Shown piece by piece: positions 24,153-26,182 of a stretch of DNA of 26,182 nt. Source of the stretch: Candidatus Omnitrophota bacterium (GTDB lineage: Bacteria > Omnitrophota > Gorgyraeia > JABMRJ01); NCBI GenBank assembly GCA_043821065.1, contig JBDRDE010000078.1, positions 1-26,182 of the forward strand. Reading direction: 5' to 3'. How positions within the stretch are numbered: the first letter of the stretch is position 1; the number at the start of each line of letters is the position of its first letter. Made by a program: the position numbers and the translations under genes. A model generated the notes under the pieces. The model was not told where the DNA came from and did no database searches. It saw nothing but the letters and a program-made list of their open reading frames with translations.

Positions 24153-25562
24153 CTACTCTCCTACGGGTAGTGTAAATATGAACTTCGCTCCCTGGCCCTT
24201 CTCGCTCTCGGCCCAAACATTGCCTCCGTGCAACTCCACTATCTCTTTAACGATGGAGAGGCCTACGCCTGTGCCGCTTATATCGCTGAGGTTTCTCTCA
24301 CCTGTCTGGTAGAACCTGTCGAATACTTTTGCGAGGTCGTCTTTGGGTATGCCCGGGCCGTTATCCTGTACGCTGGCCGCTATCTCCCCTTTATCTTTAG
24401 AGGCTGCCTCGACTATTATCTTGCCCCCATTCGGCGTGAACTTTATAGCGTTACCTATGAGGTTATTGAGAACCTGCCCTATCCTTTGAGAGTCTATATT
24501 GACTTTAGGAAGTCCTTCCTGGACCCTATCCTCGATCTTTATCTCTTTGGTATTGGCCCAGGCGCTGAGGCTGGTGGCGGCGTCTCTGATAACATCCCCT
24601 ATGTCGGTCATAACCGGCTTTACCTGCATCTTTCCGGATTCGAGCTTGGCCAGGTCGAGAAGATCATCGATCAGCCTGCTGAGCTTCTTTAGATTCCTAT
24701 CGGCTAGCGACAGGAACTCCTCTTGCGTAGAGCTCACATCGCCGGCTGTCTTTGAGAGCAAAAGGGATATGGCTTTATGTACGGCCACAAGCGGTGTGCG
24801 CAGCTCGTGCGTGACATTGGCCACGAACATCGACTTCAAGAGGTCGAGCTCCCTCTGTTTTGTCACATCACTTAAGACAGAGACCATGCCGATGGTCTGG
24901 CCATTCTCGTCCTCTATAACGGCGCTGGATGACCTCACGACCTTCTTCGTCTCGTCCTCTTCGGAAAAGATCTCTATCTCCTTATCCTTCCCGTCAGGAG
25001 AGTTCTTTACCATGGAGACGATCTGCTCCTTCCTGAGATTCTCGAGCACGGGTTTTCCGATCTTGTCTTTCTTGGAAGAATCGAGGATCTTCTCTGCCGC
25101 GGGGTTCATCATGATGACATTCCCCTTCCCATCCACGACCAGCAGGCCCTCGGCTATGCTCCTTATAACGGCATCGGTCTCTTTCTTGCCCGAGAGGACC
25201 TTCATGTATTTCTTCCAGGCGATCTCTTCGGACTGTGTCTTCTGCTCGATGGCGCCGCTGTATTTTTTATCGAGCTCTTTTGTGTTGAGCTCCACCCTCT
25301 TCTCCAGTTCATCGGCGAATATCTCTGTGACGGCCTTGCTTATCTCCTGGCGCCTCTGCTTTGAATCTACGGCCCCGTACAGGCTGTCAGATATAGTCTT
25401 TTTTATAGACTCCTCATCGAGAAGAGAGGCTGAGAGATGCCTCTCCCTGGCGCCTTCTCTTATCTTTGCCAGGCTGGACATCCTGGCTATGCGGGCCAAG
25501 AAGAAGGCTATGGCGATACTTGCAATTATTGTAGCTATATATATTACTGTAATATATTCCAC
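24153..25562 (-). CDS. PAS-domain sensor histidine kinase
   Basis: N-terminal TM; PAS (IAEGLLVVDGKGNVIMMNPAAE); H-box THELRTPL; N-box NLIGNAIKFT; DNGPGI; GTGVGLSIVKEIVELHGG. GTG start with GGAG RBS. Confidence 0.93.
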   Translation of the reverse strand: MEYITVIYIATIIASIAIAFFLARIARMSSLAKIREGARERHLSASLLDEESIKKTISDSLYGAVDSKQRRQEISKAVTEIFADELEKRVELNTKELDKKYSGAIEQKTQSEEIAWKKYMKVLSGKKETDAVIRSIAEGLLVVDGKGNVIMMNPAAEKILDSSKKDKIGKPVLENLRKEQIVSMVKNSPDGKDKEIEIFSEEDETKKVVRSSSAVIEDENGQTIGMVSVLSDVTKQRELDLLKSMFVANVTHELRTPLVAVHKAISLLLSKTAGDVSSTQEEFLSLADRNLKKLSRLIDDLLDLAKLESGKMQVKPVMTDIGDVIRDAATSLSAWANTKEIKIEDRVQEGLPKVNIDSQRIGQVLNNLIGNAIKFTPNGGKIIVEAASKDKGEIAASVQDNGPGIPKDDLAKVFDRFYQTGERNLSDISGTGVGLSIVKEIVELHGGNVWAESEKGQGAKFIFTLPVGE

Positions 25563-25584
25563 TAGCGCTCCGTATTATAATAAA

Positions 25585-25613
25585 ATATTAACACACAAGA
25601 GTATATTCGGCAA
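25585..25613 (-). promoter_or_regulatory. Possible sigma70-type internal promoter for the PAS kinase
   Basis: Minus strand TTGCCG (25613-25608), N17, TG-extended TAATAT (25590-25585). Confidence 0.45.
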
Positions 25614-25635
25614 GCTGTTTATGTCCCACCCCCGA

Positions 25636-26040
25636 TTACTCGTGGGGCGCTTCGCTTTCCGCCTGCTTTGCGTTATCATTTAAAAGCTCGGCTATCGTCT
25701 CCTTAAGCTTATCCATATCTACGGGCTTTACGAAATATCCGGATGCGCCCTCTTTATTAACAGCCTCTTTCGCCGCGTCATCCGTTCTTCCGCTCAATAC
25801 TATCACCGGTATATTGAAAAGCTTTATGTTCTGTCTGATGTTCTTAAGCACCGTCAAGCCGCCACCCGCGGGCATAGAGAGATCGAGAAGCACAAGGTCG
25901 GGCTTATTTCTATTGAGCTGCATCATGGCCTGGAGGCCGTCGAAGGCCACGCTCAATTCGTAACCGTAGCTCGAAAGCCTGACCATGAGTATCTGGACCC
26001 AGCCTTTCTCATCGTCGACTATCAATATCTTTTTAGCCAT
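25636..26040 (-). CDS. Single-domain response regulator (receiver only)
   Basis: ILIVDDE, VLLDLSMP, VIVLSG, FVKPVD. Confidence 0.92.
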   Translation of the reverse strand: MAKKILIVDDEKGWVQILMVRLSSYGYELSVAFDGLQAMMQLNRNKPDLVLLDLSMPAGGGLTVLKNIRQNIKLFNIPVIVLSGRTDDAAKEAVNKEGASGYFVKPVDMDKLKETIAELLNDNAKQAESEAPHE

Positions 26041-26180
26041 TACCGGTCTTTGTCCTCTCCTTTAGTCTCTGCCGCGTCTTTAGGTATGGTAAAGACGAAA
26101 CTCGTTCCTTCCCCCAGCACGCTCTCTACCCACATATTGCCTTTGTGCATCTCGACGATCCCCTTACTTATCGCCAGGCC
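26040..26180 (-). CDS. Histidine kinase, C-terminal HATPase fragment (enters from window edge; not in ORF track)
   Basis: Manual translation [33 protein letters not shown]...DR*. TAATG stop/start coupling with the receiver gene. Confidence 0.88.
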   Translation of the reverse strand, partial: GLAISKGIVEMHKGNMWVESVLGEGTSFVFTIPKDAAETKGEDKDR

Positions 26181-26182
26181 AA

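Noticed and set aside
1-26182. rRNA, tRNA, riboswitch, integrase or phage genes
   Set aside because: None recognisable by eye; the intergenic gaps are short and explained by promoters or repeats. A tRNAscan/Infernal run would be needed to exclude them formally.

Overview
A gene-dense bacterial window, almost all on the minus strand, with three blocks. (1) 1-15.3 kb is a cell-envelope/glycosylation locus. It holds three intact TMTC-like (GT-C membrane domain + TPR) glycosyltransferase paralogs, a divergently transcribed YfhO-like GT-C protein, a UbiA-family polyprenyl-phosphate phosphoribosyltransferase with an adjacent NAD-dependent epimerase, a GT9 variant, an SGNH/carbamoyltransferase/SxtJ/SxtK(DUF5989) module, and the start of a B12-binding radical-SAM gene. 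(2) 15.3-23.1 kb is a compact secretin operon: ExeA ATPase, GspC-like protein, secretin, TPR/coiled-coil protein, an exported beta-sandwich-like protein, a SurA-N/cyclophilin fusion and an exported protein. (3) 23.2-26.2 kb is regulatory: an HTH-only MerR-like gene, two histidine kinases and two stand-alone receivers. The non-coding DNA carries several repeats. A ~101-bp nested-palindrome repeat occurs three times, twice in frame in the N-terminal signal-peptide regions of the secretin and the SurA/cyclophilin gene. There is also a related fourth palindrome, a ~110-bp IS200/IS605-end miniature element, and 7-mer and 10-mer inverted arrays flanking the MerR-like gene. Several sigma70-type promoters are visible, and two suggest leaderless mRNAs. 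Gene content is reminiscent of Candidatus Omnitrophota, but this is an untested impression. All product calls come from motifs read by eye; no database searches were run.
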